Below, piece after piece: positions 26,389-39,605 of a DNA stretch of 64,000 nt. The stretch comes from Bigelowiella natans CCMP2755 (taxonomy: Eukaryota; Protista; Cercozoa). The DNA lies in NCBI GenBank assembly GCA_000320545.1, contig ADNK01001325.1:29161-93160 (forward strand), read 5' to 3'. The notes beneath the pieces are model-generated. The model worked only from the letters and a program-made list of their open reading frames with translations, searched no databases and was not told where the DNA came from. The first letter of the stretch is position 1. Every line of letters starts with the position of its first letter. The position numbers and the translations under genes are program-made.

Positions 26389-27781
26389 ATGGCATCCATC
26401 GCGAAGATAGCTCTCGTGAAGGCTTCAAAAGAGAACAACCTTCAAGAGGTAAGTGTACCATCATATTTGACATTTGTGATGATTATGAATTTTTCCATTA
26501 CAATGATTCCACGAAGGTCTCACTGCTCCTGTCTCAAAAAACGGATCCAAATGGTGCCACAGGACATGGGATAAGGTGTCGTCCTTCCTGTGACACTGCA
26601 CAGCGCCGAAGTTGATAATGTGTATTAATAAGGCCAGTGGCATTACTTCAAAATGATTTCATATCTCTACCCTTCTAATATGACTTCTGTTCTTACCTCT
26701 TGATACTAGCACCTAACTTACAACAACAAAAAATAGTAGTAGAACATCGACAACAACTACAGCAGCAGCAATTACTGTTGCTGCTGCTACTACTACTACT
26801 ATTACTAGGACTCACCTAATACAAGTATTCCCACATATTTCTCTCTTCTTTATCAAATTATCGTTGCTCTTTTTAAAAATCTGTGCTTTGTTGTTAAATC
26901 TGCTAACCCCAGTCCTTTGCTGGTGGCCTGCACAAACGGTGCTCCTTACATTACTTTACTATCACAAACATACACTAACAAACTCCATGCAGAAAGTTGT
27001 TAAATATGTCTTAAGTACGTACTTTGGAATTCATCACAGTTAATATAAACTAGCCGTTCATTCTCCACAATCTAAAAGGCAACGTGGAGATCGTACGTGA
27101 GCTTATCAAAGCGAAGGCTAAGATTGGAGTGAAGAAGAAAAATGGACAAACAACGTTACTTTGTGCAGCTGCTTCTGGGAGTGTGGAGGTAATGCCTCAC
27201 TATTAAGAATTGTATCGAACATGATTCTGAACTGCTTGTCAATCATTCGAAACAAGACGGTACAATGCATTTTGGAAGCCAAGGCTGATTTAAGTCACAC
27301 CGACAACCAGGTGTTGTTATTTGATTATTATTATTAATAATAATAATAAATAATATATGTCATTTTCCTCTATGGTAGAACAGATAATACCACTATTATT
27401 ATTATTGTTGTTCTTCTTCTTATTATTATTATTATTATTATGAGATATCTTTGTCATCATTTAAGTCGATTTTGTGCTACTGTAACTTGGTAATAATTCG
27501 CTAGAAGTGTGTGGTTTTTATTGAACAATTTCTCCTTAGAAATTCTATGATGATGCCTATTTGTTTGATAGTGGTAAAAGTTATATTTGTGAGATATATT
27601 GTGTTGGTTAAGGAGTGTGGCGGTAGCAGATAATGATGATGTTGATATGTGGACTTAATTACGTTGTTTCATCGCCGTGGTTGTTATTTGTACTGTTCTA
27701 CGTGTAAAAGAATTGGTCTGCGTATTCGTTTGCTTGTCACAATGGCTGCAACAACATTCTCTCCCTTCTGGTCAAAGCGAA

Positions 27782-27816
<35 letters not shown>

Positions 27817-28230
27817 CGTCATAAAGATGATGATGATGATAAAAATGTCCGTTACGATAATAATGTTGAAACCACCGGGAATGTAGTAATAAACACCATC
27901 TCGTCATGCTCATCATTGTGCTACATACGTACGTACATCTACCCTGCTAACCCTGCTAACCCTGCTAACCCTGCTGCTGCTGCTGCTACAAAATTGTTTA
28001 ACAAGCACCAACAATATCTGCTATTATTATTATTATTATTATTATTATCATTATCCTGGTGTTTCTCTCCTCCTCCTCCTCCTCCTCCTCCTCCTCCTCC
28101 TTCTCCTCCTTTCTATGTAGCTTCCAAGCTTAAAGAATTTGAATTCCTTGCTTCGTTTGGCTGCCCAAGTAGACCAAGCCAATTGCTGTCAATACCTTCT
28201 CGACCTCAAGGCCAATCCAAATGGTAGTAT

Positions 28231-28266
<36 letters not shown>

Positions 28267-28405
28267 AATAGTAGAGGTATATATTAACAACAGCAGCGCG
28301 CTCTAGAAGAAGATAGGAGAATCTCGATTCTTTCGCCACATGTTTCTGTTATTAGACGAAGACTTGGACAACTTTACGGCTTCAATGTACGCCATTGAAA
28401 ATCGG

Positions 28406-28440
<35 letters not shown>

Positions 28441-28707
28441 GTAGTAGTAGTAGTAGTAGTAGGGACATTTTCTTCTTATTCTTATTCGTATTCTCTTCTT
28501 CTTTTTCTTATTCTTCTGTGCAGATATGAAAGCGATATGTCTGCAATTAGGCAGTCGTACTTGATGCCGATAATGATGATGATGATGATGATGATGATGA
28601 TAAAGTGCATAAAGTTTCGTTGTTGATGGTGACTACTAATATTATTCTACTACCAGGTGTAGCATCAAGACATTACGGACTCTGCTGGACGCAAAGGCGC
28701 ATATTGG
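26389..28707 (+). CDS. Ankyrin-repeat region, multi-exon (possibly the N-terminus of the downstream SpoU gene)
   Basis: MASIAKIALVKASKENNLQE / VSLLLSQKTDPNGATGHG / GNVEIVRELIKAKAKIGVKKKNGQTTLLCAAASGSVE / TVQCILEAKADLSHTDNQ / HQDITDSLLDAKAHI. Confidence 0.8.
28405..28462. repeat. Palindromic compound microsatellite (CTA)n(GTA)n
   Basis: TACTAC... switches directly to GTAGTA... around a central CTAG at 28438-28441, so the tract is self-complementary. Confidence 0.85.
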
Positions 28708-28939
28708 GTACTACTACTACTACTACTGCTACTACTATATTGCTATTATGAGTAGAAGTAGCAGCAGCAGCTACATGTGAGGATGGGGAGGAGGCAGATA
28801 ATAATGATAAAATACATCATCACTATCGTCAACTTAATTGTGGGTTGTTGTAATTGCATTGAACCGGGAAGTTATTTTTACTTTGCGTCTTATACATGTA
28901 TACATGTATAAACATTTATATAAACAATATTATAAATAT

Positions 28940-28991
<52 letters not shown>

Positions 28992-29097
28992 AATGTGTGT
29001 GTGTGTGTGTGTGTACATATAAAATATCTGCAGCAGATGCCTAAAGTTGCTTGATGTACATCATCAACTTCAACTACTACTACAATTAAATTTCCTC

Positions 29098-29138
<41 letters not shown>

Positions 29139-29376
29139 AGTGTAGATAACTTCGATATTGCACGGCTAAGCTGTCCTATCCGATCAGTAAAGCATGCGAA
29201 GGTAAGGTCGCTATCGCTCTTGTGCTAATAGCACACGATGGAAAGCAAGATAAAAGAGGATTGATTGCAATATATATTATCATCACAGAAGAATAACCCA
29301 TTATTCACGAAATATTGACGATGATTAGTTTACCTGTAAGTAGTAGAGTTATCATAAAGATAATAATAGAATTTTC

Positions 29377-29442
<66 letters not shown>

Positions 29443-29604
29443 ATTAGCACACTGTCATCATAGAACAGGTGAGTTGCATATATTACACGTACTAGGTGTA
29501 CACCAGTGTTCTTTGAATTCATCCATTATTATCATCACCGTCTTTGATCGCTGATCTTATCTTTATTTATAGTACCACTACTTGTTATATGTACTGCTTT
29601 TGAG

Positions 29605-29635
<31 letters not shown>

Positions 29636-29693
29636 TTACTGCTGTTACATGCTCTAGGATGAATTATTGGTAAATATAATAATACCAAGAAAC

Positions 29694-29726
<33 letters not shown>

Positions 29727-29864
29727 AGATGTTCTTTAACACTAATTATAGAAACCCAGGATTCGACGAAAGAACTTCTATAAATTGCTCCTCACGGTGA
29801 CCTCCATCTTGCATGCATTGCTTTTCTAAGAGGATGGCCTGTACGATATATTGTTGTGTTTAAG

Positions 29865-29919
<55 letters not shown>

Positions 29920-30229
29920 TAATGTTAGATTGTAATGTTTTCTAGTAACAGTAGTCTTCTCTTCTAGCTAGTCGTCTCACTCCAGCATATGTATTTTCCC
30001 TCTTTATTATAAATGGTGCTACATTTCTTGTTCCTGATTTAGTTTTTCCTATGTTAATAATATTCCCAGAGGTAGGTAGGTAGGTAAGTTGTTAATAATA
30101 AGAGTACTAATAAGTCTTATCGTATAGGCAAGGAAAGAAACTATCGAAACAAGAAGTGAAAGGCTTAGAGAGTTCATGCAAAGAACAAAGATAAGTATTG
30201 CAATAGGAGGATCAGGAGGAGGAATAAGC

Positions 30230-30264
<35 letters not shown>

Positions 30265-30425
30265 TTTTTAATGCTGATAAACAAGAAGAAGAAGAAGGAG
30301 AAGAAGGAGGAGGCATAAACGACGACGACACGTATCAGATTAATATATAGTCAAGGGCAAAAGACACGTATCAGATTAATACATAGTCACGGGCAAAATA
30401 GTGTTTCGCATGGTGGAAATAGTGT

Positions 30426-30459
<34 letters not shown>

Positions 30460-30498
30460 AACTAGAATAGTATTGCTATTGCTGCTACTTTACACATT

Positions 30499-32344
30499 AG
30501 GAGAATCACTTATTCGGTCAGGAGGAGAAGACAGGAGTAGTAGTAGTAGTAGTAGTAGTAGTAATAGTACTACTACTAATACTAGTACGATAGAAAAGGA
30601 TAAGATGAAGAATCTGCTGCAGCAGCAGCAATGTAAGGAAGAGAAGGAGGAATTTAAACGGGGGGAGGGTAGCAAAGAACGACAAATACAGCTAGCAGTG
30701 GTACTACTACTACCACTACTACTACTACTACTACTACTGCTGCTGCTGTACTACTGTTGTGATCAAGTGCTTTAGTGTAGTTTCCTCTTCTTCTTCTACT
30801 TTCTCGTAATAAGTTATCAGGCAGAAGATGACATGTAGTCGGCCAAAACGTTGTTGGAAATAAGAAACTGATAAATTCAAAAATAACATCCAGATATTAA
30901 AATCAATCACAAAGCCTTGTAATTGCATGAATATCATCCGGTAATACGATGACCTTGATAATTATATTTGATTTCGCAGTCCATCCACTAATGCCTTATG
31001 TTAAGGGTTTAAAAAATCCCTCCTCCTCCTCCTCCTCCTTCTCCATCTCCTCCTTCTCCCTCCCCTTCTAACCTTACATACATACTGTTCATTCGTTGCT
31101 TTTAGATCGGCGGATTATTTTGGCGCTTCTGAGGTGTGGAAGTGATGAAGAATAGTGTTGTAAATATTGTATTAATGTGGAAGTAGTAGTAGTAGTAGTT
31201 GTTGTTGTAGTAGGGAATAATCATCAGAATAATAGTGAATAAATAAGGGAATGTGATTGTAGTAAGTATTATATGTGATGTTGCTACCCGTGTTTTGACA
31301 GAAGTTGTCTTTCAAATTGTAAATGGATCATGCAGGTTGTAATCGTAGGCAGAGATACTCTGACAGCCGTTAAGACATTGTGGGGTAATAATAATAATAA
31401 TAATATGATGCTGCTTACGTGCGATAGCTTGTTAATCTCTTTTTACGCGTATATTTTTCAATAAGAAGTAGCCAAATGAAGATAGTACATTGTAGTGATA
31501 TGTTGGAAAAAATGACGGAAGAAGAAGGGTGTAGGTGAGAACCGCTGTGATCATCATTTTAATAAATGCTCACTTGTTAGGTTCTCATCCAATATCAGTA
31601 CCCATCATCCGTATAGAAAGTACTTTGAAAAAGGTGGTTCACTCATCACGCCATTCAATTTTTTGTATTGACGACTAATATTCTTAATCCACATCTCCAC
31701 CTCCTCGAGTATTGATGAGTAATATTCTTAATCCTCCTCCTCCTCCTACTCCCCCTCCTCCTCCTCCTCCTCCTCCTCAAAGGCAATCACTAGATTGAAG
31801 GCTGCAGGCTACAAAGTGTTCGGTAAGTATATTTTGATGACCACGTTGTCCGACAAATGCAGCAAACAATTCGATCATGCTAGAAGAAATTATGCCAGAA
31901 AAACACGCCATCAATCATCTTATTGTTGCAAAGATGCTATCTATCTCGACAGCCAAACAAAAGCTTGTGATCCTACAGAGACGACGCTAGATTTATAATC
32001 CAATGTAGGTATTGAAATTGAAGAAAGTTCGCAACCAGTGTCCAGCCTTCCCTTTGCACACACTCACCACACAGCATTTCTTGCTGGCGCAGAGTGGGGT
32101 CTTTCAAAGGATGCAATGTCTTTCTGCGATGGATTCGTTTACATATCTCAGTTTGGAGCAGGGGTATGATGTTTGGGGTGTATTTGGCTGGTCTTTGATA
32201 TAGAGATCGTTCGATTAAGATTTTCCCAATATCTCCAGGTACCGTGTATCAATGTGGGAATGGCCTCGTCCATAGCTTTACACTATTTTGCAGAGTGGAG
32301 AAATGAAAATGAAAAAACTCGCAAAATTAAAGACTATTGACTAA
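30499..32344 (+). CDS. SpoU/TrmH-family (SPOUT) RNA methyltransferase domain, 8 exons
   Basis: Spliced product QIQLAV-ILKSITKPCNCMNIIR-SADYFGASE-VVIVGRD...LKAAGYKVF-GIEIEESSQPVSSLPF...TAFLAGAEWGLSKDAMSFCDGFVYISQFGAG-VPCINVGMASSIALHYFAEW; stop at 32342-32344. Confidence 0.85.
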
Positions 32345-33000
32345 ATTGATGCGAAGCTATAATGATATAGCTAAATTGTTCTTCATCAGTTCGCTAATAT
32401 GTTCCATCTGGCGGGCTAGCGAGGCCGTGCCGTATGGCGTACGTTCGTGGAAATCATGCAATTATTCGTTTTGCATTTCGCCAATACATGATGAAGCCAA
32501 AGGTGCGCGCGTGCTCATGTGGCCATTAAACGCGCGCACTTGAAAATTGGTATAAGCTCTGCGTGCACACTATGTGCTAAGAGTGATCTAATCCTGATAT
32601 GACTAATGATGTTCGCTAAATGAATACATGCGTCATGCAACATACAATCGCGTCGTGCGCGCATGCACAGTGCAAATAATGTTCAAATCACATAGCAGAG
32701 CTAGCAATGGCCAGCAGCGCAACGCTGAAGCGTGCGACGTACACATCTTGTTGCACTAATAACTATTTTAGTATATTACGCACACGGCCTCAGCTCTTAG
32801 CCCTAGCTAGATCTAGCTAGCGTCACGTACTGGGAGCGATCAATTTATAATGAGTGCCATCATTGCATATTCTAGCATTGTTACTACCTGTGCGTACTCG
32901 AGTATGTGAATCGTACCATTTACACGCGCATGATGCGACATATGGCAAAACTCTGTTTATCGCGAGTTGCTTCGTGCAGAAACCTACGCTCTTAGTACCA

Positions 33001-34554
33001 TCATCTTCTGCGCTTTTTCAGAGACTGTGTTGCAAGATAACCGAATTTAGTACTTGATGCGCTATTTCTTGCATCAAACTCAGCTTTCTCTGGAGTAATT
33101 CCTTTCGCAGCAGCCCCGTACCACATAGCAAGGTCCGGATCGAGTGATAGCGATCTCTTGGATAGATTGTTCTTACTCGATTCTTGTTGCTCCTCCTTTT
33201 TGCTCGTGTCATTACATCCTAATGATACATAAATATGATTTCATTATCTCTCGATTGTTGCGTAGGCCGCGTACAATTGACTGTTACTCATGGCTGTTGT
33301 TATGTCTCTGGAAAGCTGCCCGGAGTTCAGGGTGGATGGTAGTGCCTTCTCAAAGATAATCTTGGAAGAAGTGCCCTTTGAAGCATTAGGGACAGAGATG
33401 CCCCTTTTTATACAAACAGCAGAAATCTATTATATCGCACACATGACCTATGGTGATGATAGCGTCGATTAGGATCATAATGGAGCAAAATCGAGCGCTA
33501 CCATCAGTTCAGATCAGTCTGTGCAGAGATGAGCAGGTGTAATAAAAGGAATTTGTACAGAGACAGATGTTTACTACTTACTGCGCTATCATTCCTCGAT
33601 TTTGTTCCTCATTTACCTAAATAAGCCGTAAGAGGGTATCTTTGGCTTTCGTGTCCAGCCCGGTGGATTTCCGCCCCAATAATACTTTGACTTGACGTCG
33701 TAGTAGTGCCGCCAATACTTAAAGATGAAAGAGGTGCTAATCAATATGCTGATCATCGAGGACGATGCAATGATAAGTTCTCTTTTACTACATAATGGTA
33801 ATAGAATCCAGTTTCGTGATCGTACTCCCAGGGTTCCACGATTCCGCTGGTAGCCCTGTAGACTAGAAAGTTTTCAACATTTTCATTGATGAAGATACTT
33901 GATAATCGACATAACGACGAACATGATTTTAATGATGATGATGACGTAGTAAATACTTTCATCTTGCTTTTGCAGATATTCTTGGTGAGCTTCCTCAGCT
34001 TTCTCAAGTCTCTTTAATCTCCCTGACTCCCTGATGGACAGAATGACAGCAAACTCGTTGAAGATTTGGAACTAATGTTATGGCCAAAAGTATCAAGGTT
34101 TGTAGTTGTGCATACTCTTCCTCGAAGGCCGATCTTTCTCTCCTATCTGCCGCTTTTTCTGCCAATCTGATGTGCTGCAAATGTATAATTTATGACGCTT
34201 TTTCTGCCAATCTGATGAGCTAAAAATGTAAAATTTATGACGAGAAGCACAGAATCATCAGACTACTAATATCACCCGTTTTGTAGATTCATGTTTCCTG
34301 CGGGCCTCCTGAAATATTCATGCAAGTTAATACGCATCACACGATCACCGTCAAATCGGGTAATTCATGGGGGCGTCATGCACAAAGCATCTTCTACCAA
34401 CCCTCTCTCAAGCATAACCTCTTTAATCACATTATATGAGAATTAAACAGAATTTGCGAAACTACCTGTGTATCCGGCATCCAATGATTGCACGCTTCAC
34501 ACATGTATTTGTTTGTAGGTTGCCAATGCTCGACAACACCCAATACGACCAACC

Positions 34555-34589
<35 letters not shown>

Positions 34590-34805
34590 CGACATGTGTT
34601 TCAAAATGTACACATTCAACATACTCACTAACATGTGCTGAGCTCAATGTCACAGGGGAGATCTCTATGGCCAAGACGGCTATCACTCGAAACACTCACA
34701 AAATGATCGATTATTTTACATTGGACGACGACAAACAATCCATATAGCCCAGAGGAAGAGAGTGCTCGCTGTTAAGGAAAGGACCCAAGTTCCTCCTCTC
34801 TGCAT
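33001..34805 (-). CDS. U1/matrin-type zinc finger plus OCRE-like domain protein (ZOP1/WBP4-like splicing factor), multi-exon
   Basis: EHWQPTNKYMCEACNHWMPDTQ-EARRKHESTKR-H is a C2H2 U1-type finger. PWEYDHETGFYYHY-YWRHYYDVKSKYYWGGNPPGWT is OCRE-like. The likely last exon ends in KKRRR*. Joining of the 5' exons is unresolved. Confidence 0.72.
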
Positions 34806-35219
34806 CTCTCTAGAAGCATCTGATAGGCGTTGTTGTTGTTTCTCGTAGGGAATTTTTAGGCTGTTCGTCGTCTGCCTAACCTATCTGTCAATTGGTGCAT
34901 TCTCGTCCCCATTTTACCATCGCATAAAGCATACTACGACAAATATAATATGTTGTCTCTCAATTAAAATATCCATTATTTGTTGTTATTTCCTATTTCA
35001 CATCTTCGGAGATTCTACGACAAAAGAATTGTGTTGTCGTTCATTCAGAATGCTGCTTATTTATCCAAATGATCACCTATCTGCCGACATTTCTCGCAGC
35101 CCAGCAGAGCTAGTGAATACAACTCCGACGCCATCAAAGAGCATCGAAGAAGAAGAAGAAGAAGAAACAAAAGAACACATTATCTATTCCTTCCTACATT
35201 GTCGGGGACTAAATAAATA

Positions 35220-38177
35220 ATGCCTCGTCGCAACAATCGCCGAAAGAAGAACAAGAATAAGTCCAGGTAGTCTCCACCCTCATCATCTAGTAGTGTCGTC
35301 ATCTTCGCTGTAACTGTATTGAACGATATCCGATACGCAGTAGCAGCGGCAACAATAGCGTCCAGCCTCCCGAGCCATCTATTTCGCAACAAAATCCTGA
35401 GGCAGCAGCTAAAGAGAAGAGTCTTGGCTCTGAAGCGTACAAAAGAAAAGATATCCAGGTAAGATCGTGTAGCGATCCTCTGCGCGCATCATCTTCTTTC
35501 TCTTTGCTTCCTTATTTTAAAGGAGATCTTATCATGCTGTACTTGTCAGTGTTTCCATCTGATATCTCCCCCCTCCATTTCCTCCCCTGCTGTGTGCTTC
35601 CTGCTGTGTGTTTCCTTTCTCACGTTATAATGCATCATGATTTTTTTTAAAAGGGGGCATATAACCATTTCTCATCTGCAATTGCACATGATACCACTGA
35701 TGCAACCCTATGGGCCAATCGATCGGCATGTGCTGTCGCACTCAATAACTTTTCACAGGTGATTCAGTTCCTTCTTATTTAGCACTAATTAAATAGGATG
35801 ATTTACGGACAAACCGGTTGTAGTTTATTCAAATATTTCCAAACCGTCTAGAAGTTGGAGTCAGAAATAAATCAAACCAGAGAGAGTAAAGCCTAGTTGA
35901 TTTACAAAGAATAGCTTTTCTCTTTGTGAATGTAGACGATTTCTACTATGTAACTTCAATTACAGTAAGTCGTAGTTTTCGTCGAAGAAATATCATTTTG
36001 TAACCTCCCTAACTTTATCTTGCGACGCTTACTTTTTCGTGCGAAGGCTGTATCAGATGCAAAAAAATGTATTGAGCTGAAGAGAGAATGGGGGAAAGGA
36101 TACAGTCGTTTAGGCCAGGCATATTCACGAATGGGACGGTAGGACTAGTAGAAGAAGCAGTTCTAGCTGTACTGGTGTTGCTCTCGCCATGCTGATGTAT
36201 CGACGAATGTATCGTGACAATGAAGACGATGATAATGATAATAACAACGATGACAAATCGATTATCCGGAACTGCGACATGGTAAACAAATTGATTCTAT
36301 ATTCATAATGTAGAATTAAGGAGGCGAAGAAAGCTGTGGCTTCTGGCATTGCTGTAGACCCTGATGCAAGCTATCTGACCGATCTATTAAGCAAAATCTG
36401 CCTGATTGAGAAGCAGGCTAATGCTGGTCCAAATGCGCCCACTTCTTCAAGTCGAAGTGACAAGAAGAACGATAAGGACGACAAGGGACGTGGGCATCGC
36501 GATGAAGGAGAGGCTCCGACGCAAGACGAGGGTACTACTGCCACAGGTGAAACAGTGATTGGAATCGATCTAGGGACAACATTTTCATGCGTTGGAGTGT
36601 GGCGCAATGGTGGGGTCGAAATCTTAAGCAACGACGAAGGAGCGCTCACAACTCCATCGTGGGTGGCCTTTACAGACAAAGGCAGGGTTGTAGGTGCAGG
36701 GGCAAAACGCCAAGCCTCCAGAAACCCAAAAAGAACTCTCTTCAACATCAAAAGAATCATAGGCAGAGAGTACGGTGACTGCAGCTCTGACTTAAAAAGG
36801 ATGCCCTTCGTCGTGAAGGAAGGCAAGGGAAAGAAACCAGTAGTATGTGTTGACATAGAAGGAAGGAATGGCAATGGAAAATTGACTGAGTTTCTTCCCG
36901 AACAGATAAGTGCAATGGTCCTCGAATGTATGAAGGGTATTGCCGAGAAAGCCCTGAAAAAAAAGGTTTCAAAGGCTGTCATTACTGTTCCAGCATACTT
37001 TAACGACATGCAGCGAAGATTGACAAAGGATGCAGGTGCCATTGCAGGTTTAGAAGTTCTCCGGATAATAAACGAACCTACAGCTGCAGCCCTTGCATAC
37101 GGCCTTCAGAACAAACGTGAGGGATACATATTGGTGTTCGATTTGGGGGGGGGGACTTTTGACGTGTCACTACTTCGAATCGAGGATGGATTATTTCGCG
37201 TGTTAGCGACATCTGGAGATACGCACCTTGGTGGTGAGGATTTCGATATTGCTCTTACGGAATGGGCCATTAAGGAACATAAGGCAGCCACTAAGAAAGA
37301 ACTATTTGGAAATGTCTCGGCCGTTCGAAAGCTTCGATCTGCCTGTGAGAAGGCAAAGAAGGAGTTGTCTCGACAGAAACAGACTGACATTGAATTGTAC
37401 GTGGATGGTGAAGAGGTTGTAATACCAGTGTCACGCAGTAAGTTCAATCAGATTAATGAACGAACGTTTCAACGTTGCATGAAGAGTGTAAAGCAGGTCC
37501 TCAAGGACGCGAAGGTAGCGCGAGATGCTGTGTCAGACATTGTGTTGGTTGGTGGCTCAACTCGAGTACCACGCGTGAGGGAAATACTGTCGGAATTCTT
37601 TGGTGGAAAGTCTCTATGTTGCAGCATCAACCCTGATGAAGCTGTGGCGTTTGGGGCCGCTGTACAAGGTGCTATACTTGGTGGTGTGCAAAACCCTACG
37701 TGTCGTAGCCTTCTACTTGTAGATGTTATTCCCATCTCCCTGGGAGTTGGATGCAAGGGGAACCAGTTTGCAGTAGTTGTCCCTCGCAACACCACAGTAC
37801 CATGTAAGCGGACTAAGGAGTTCACGACAGTAGAGAACTTTCAAACTTCTATAGATATTCCTATCTACGAAGGAGAGCGCCAGAATTGCAACGGAAACCA
37901 TTTGCTAGGAGAATTCACAATCCAAGGAATTGAAAGAGCTAAGAAAGGGGAGGCAAAAGTCGATGTCACGTTCGAAGTAAACACGAATGGGTTGCTAAAG
38001 GTGTCCGCAGTAGACAAAAAAACAGGCGCAGAAGCAGATGTGGAGATTACTCATGACCGAGGGCGTTTATCTGCTGAGGAGGTCCAAAAGCTACAGGCAG
38101 AAGCACTTGCGTTCAAAGAAGCCGATGAATTAAGAGCGCAGGCATGGCGCAACGCTCACGGAGACGACGATGACTAA
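35220..38177 (+). CDS. TPR-Hsp70 fusion protein (N-terminal 3-TPR clamp domain, Hsp70 NBD and SBD-beta, truncated lid, no EEVD); 5 exons
   Basis: Exons MPRRNNRRKKNKNKSR / ...AAKEKSLGSEAYKRKDIQ / GAYNHFSSAIAHDTTDATLWANRSACAVALNNFSQ / AVSDAKKCIELKREWGKGYSRLGQAYSRMGR / IKEAKKAVASGIAVDP splice in frame to GIDLGTTFSCV, TVPAYFND, RIINEPTAAALAYG, DLGGGTFDVS, VLVGGSTRVP. Confidence 0.88.
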
Positions 38178-38225
38178 TGATTTATGCAAGCAACCTTATT
38201 GCTGACTCAAGGATAAGAATTGTTA

Positions 38226-39241
38226 GTTGAATGGGAAACATTGCGAGAATCAGCAGATTGCAAACTGCACAACTGATGACAGAGAAGCAACTCGTTGTCA
38301 TGAGCAACTGTGTTTTTTTCGCAAATGAACCAGTGGGTGCGCTGCGTGCAATTTTGGCGACATGATTTGTGACACGTGCTAGGCTTGCGGTGCTGCAATG
38401 ATGCAAACTCGATCATGCCATGGCATCTGCAATTGGGTGCACAAAACTTGTGCATCGATCACCCCACCACAATGAATGAACGACCGCATTGTGCCTCACA
38501 GCAGGTCACGGACACCTCCAGACCTCTCCGATCCGCCACACATGCACAACTCCGTCAAACAAACCCGGTGACGACTGGGGTTTGCACAGCACTGTGCTTC
38601 ATTGCGCGCGCGGCCTGGCGCGCTCAATCGTTGCCGCCAACAGTTGGTGTTGTGCCTTGCAGGCATTGCAGCACAGCGGAAAAAGGTTGCAATTGGACAT
38701 TGGATGGTGAGCACCAGAGCACGCTGGAGCCTGTTTGAAGTTCAAAATTGATTTTTTTTTTCGAACTTCAGCTTCAAAACCTCACTTTTCAACGCCTGCG
38801 AGCGGGTGCAAATTGCAAAATGCTCACCACTTCTGAAACAGCCAGCGCAGTTGCCCTCAGTGTGTCACAAATTCTGCAAGCTCGTGAGGGTGTGCGCGCA
38901 CCAGCTTCACATCATTGTGAAATTTCAGCACACGCACGCAAAAACTGCTGGAATTTCAGCACACGCACGCAGCAAGCAAATTGCCCTCAATTGAGAGGTC
39001 GTGCCACTCGTTGCAGGTTTGACGGGGTTGTGTGCCGGCACCACTGGACCACGCTGGCACGAACAAAGAAGTTTCACACTTCGAACGTCGAAGTTGGAAC
39101 CATGAAGAAAGGCAGAAAGAATTGTTTGAAGAAAAAAAAGAAGTTTCGAACAATGCCATGTCGCCAGGAACTGTGGACAAAGTGCACAAAACGTGGACGC
39201 AATGGCAAATTGGTGCACGTCACACGCACGTGTGTCCATTG
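38226..39241. repeat. TpA-erased island, left part (continues at 44954-45204 beyond the LTR element)
   Basis: A single TpA (CTAG at 38379) in about 1 kb; the right part has one CTAG at 45042. Confidence 0.85.
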
Positions 39242-39567
39242 TGTAGCGCGTACCACTACGCGGGCACAAGTCACGTGCGACAACAAAGGGGTTGTCGCGG
39301 ATATAGAATATAGATAACGTAGATATTAATACAGCATAGGCACGTGGGTTCCGGCGGGACTCATGGCAGCACACCGGAAGTGTGCTGCCCCACGTGCGGC
39401 GGCATTCGCGAAAGCTTCGCGAATGATTACGCAGTGCACGATTTAATAAAAATATAATCTTTAATAAAAATAAACACAACTCTTCAAAAGGAAGCAAACG
39501 TGCCTTTCCCCCCCCCTGCCTACTTGTGCACGTAGCGCCTCGGCCTGTGAACACCTTACGCGCAACA
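39242..39567 (+). repeat. 5' LTR
   Basis: TGTAGCGCGTACC...TTACGCGCAACA, with AATAAA motifs; direct repeat of 44628-44953. Confidence 0.97.
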
Positions 39568-39571
39568 CCTT

Positions 39572-39588
39572 TGGCTTCCACACACGGG
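39572..39588 (+). promoter_or_regulatory. Putative primer-binding site
   Basis: TGGCTTCCACACACGGG lies 4 nt after the 5' LTR; TGG pairs with a tRNA CCA end. The priming tRNA was not identified. Confidence 0.6.
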
Positions 39589-39605
39589 AAACGATTTGAC
39601 TAACA

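Noticed and set aside
36371-37901. Long antisense ORFs over Hsp70 (and similarly over CPS and pol)
   Set aside because: Shadow frames of well-conserved sense-strand genes.
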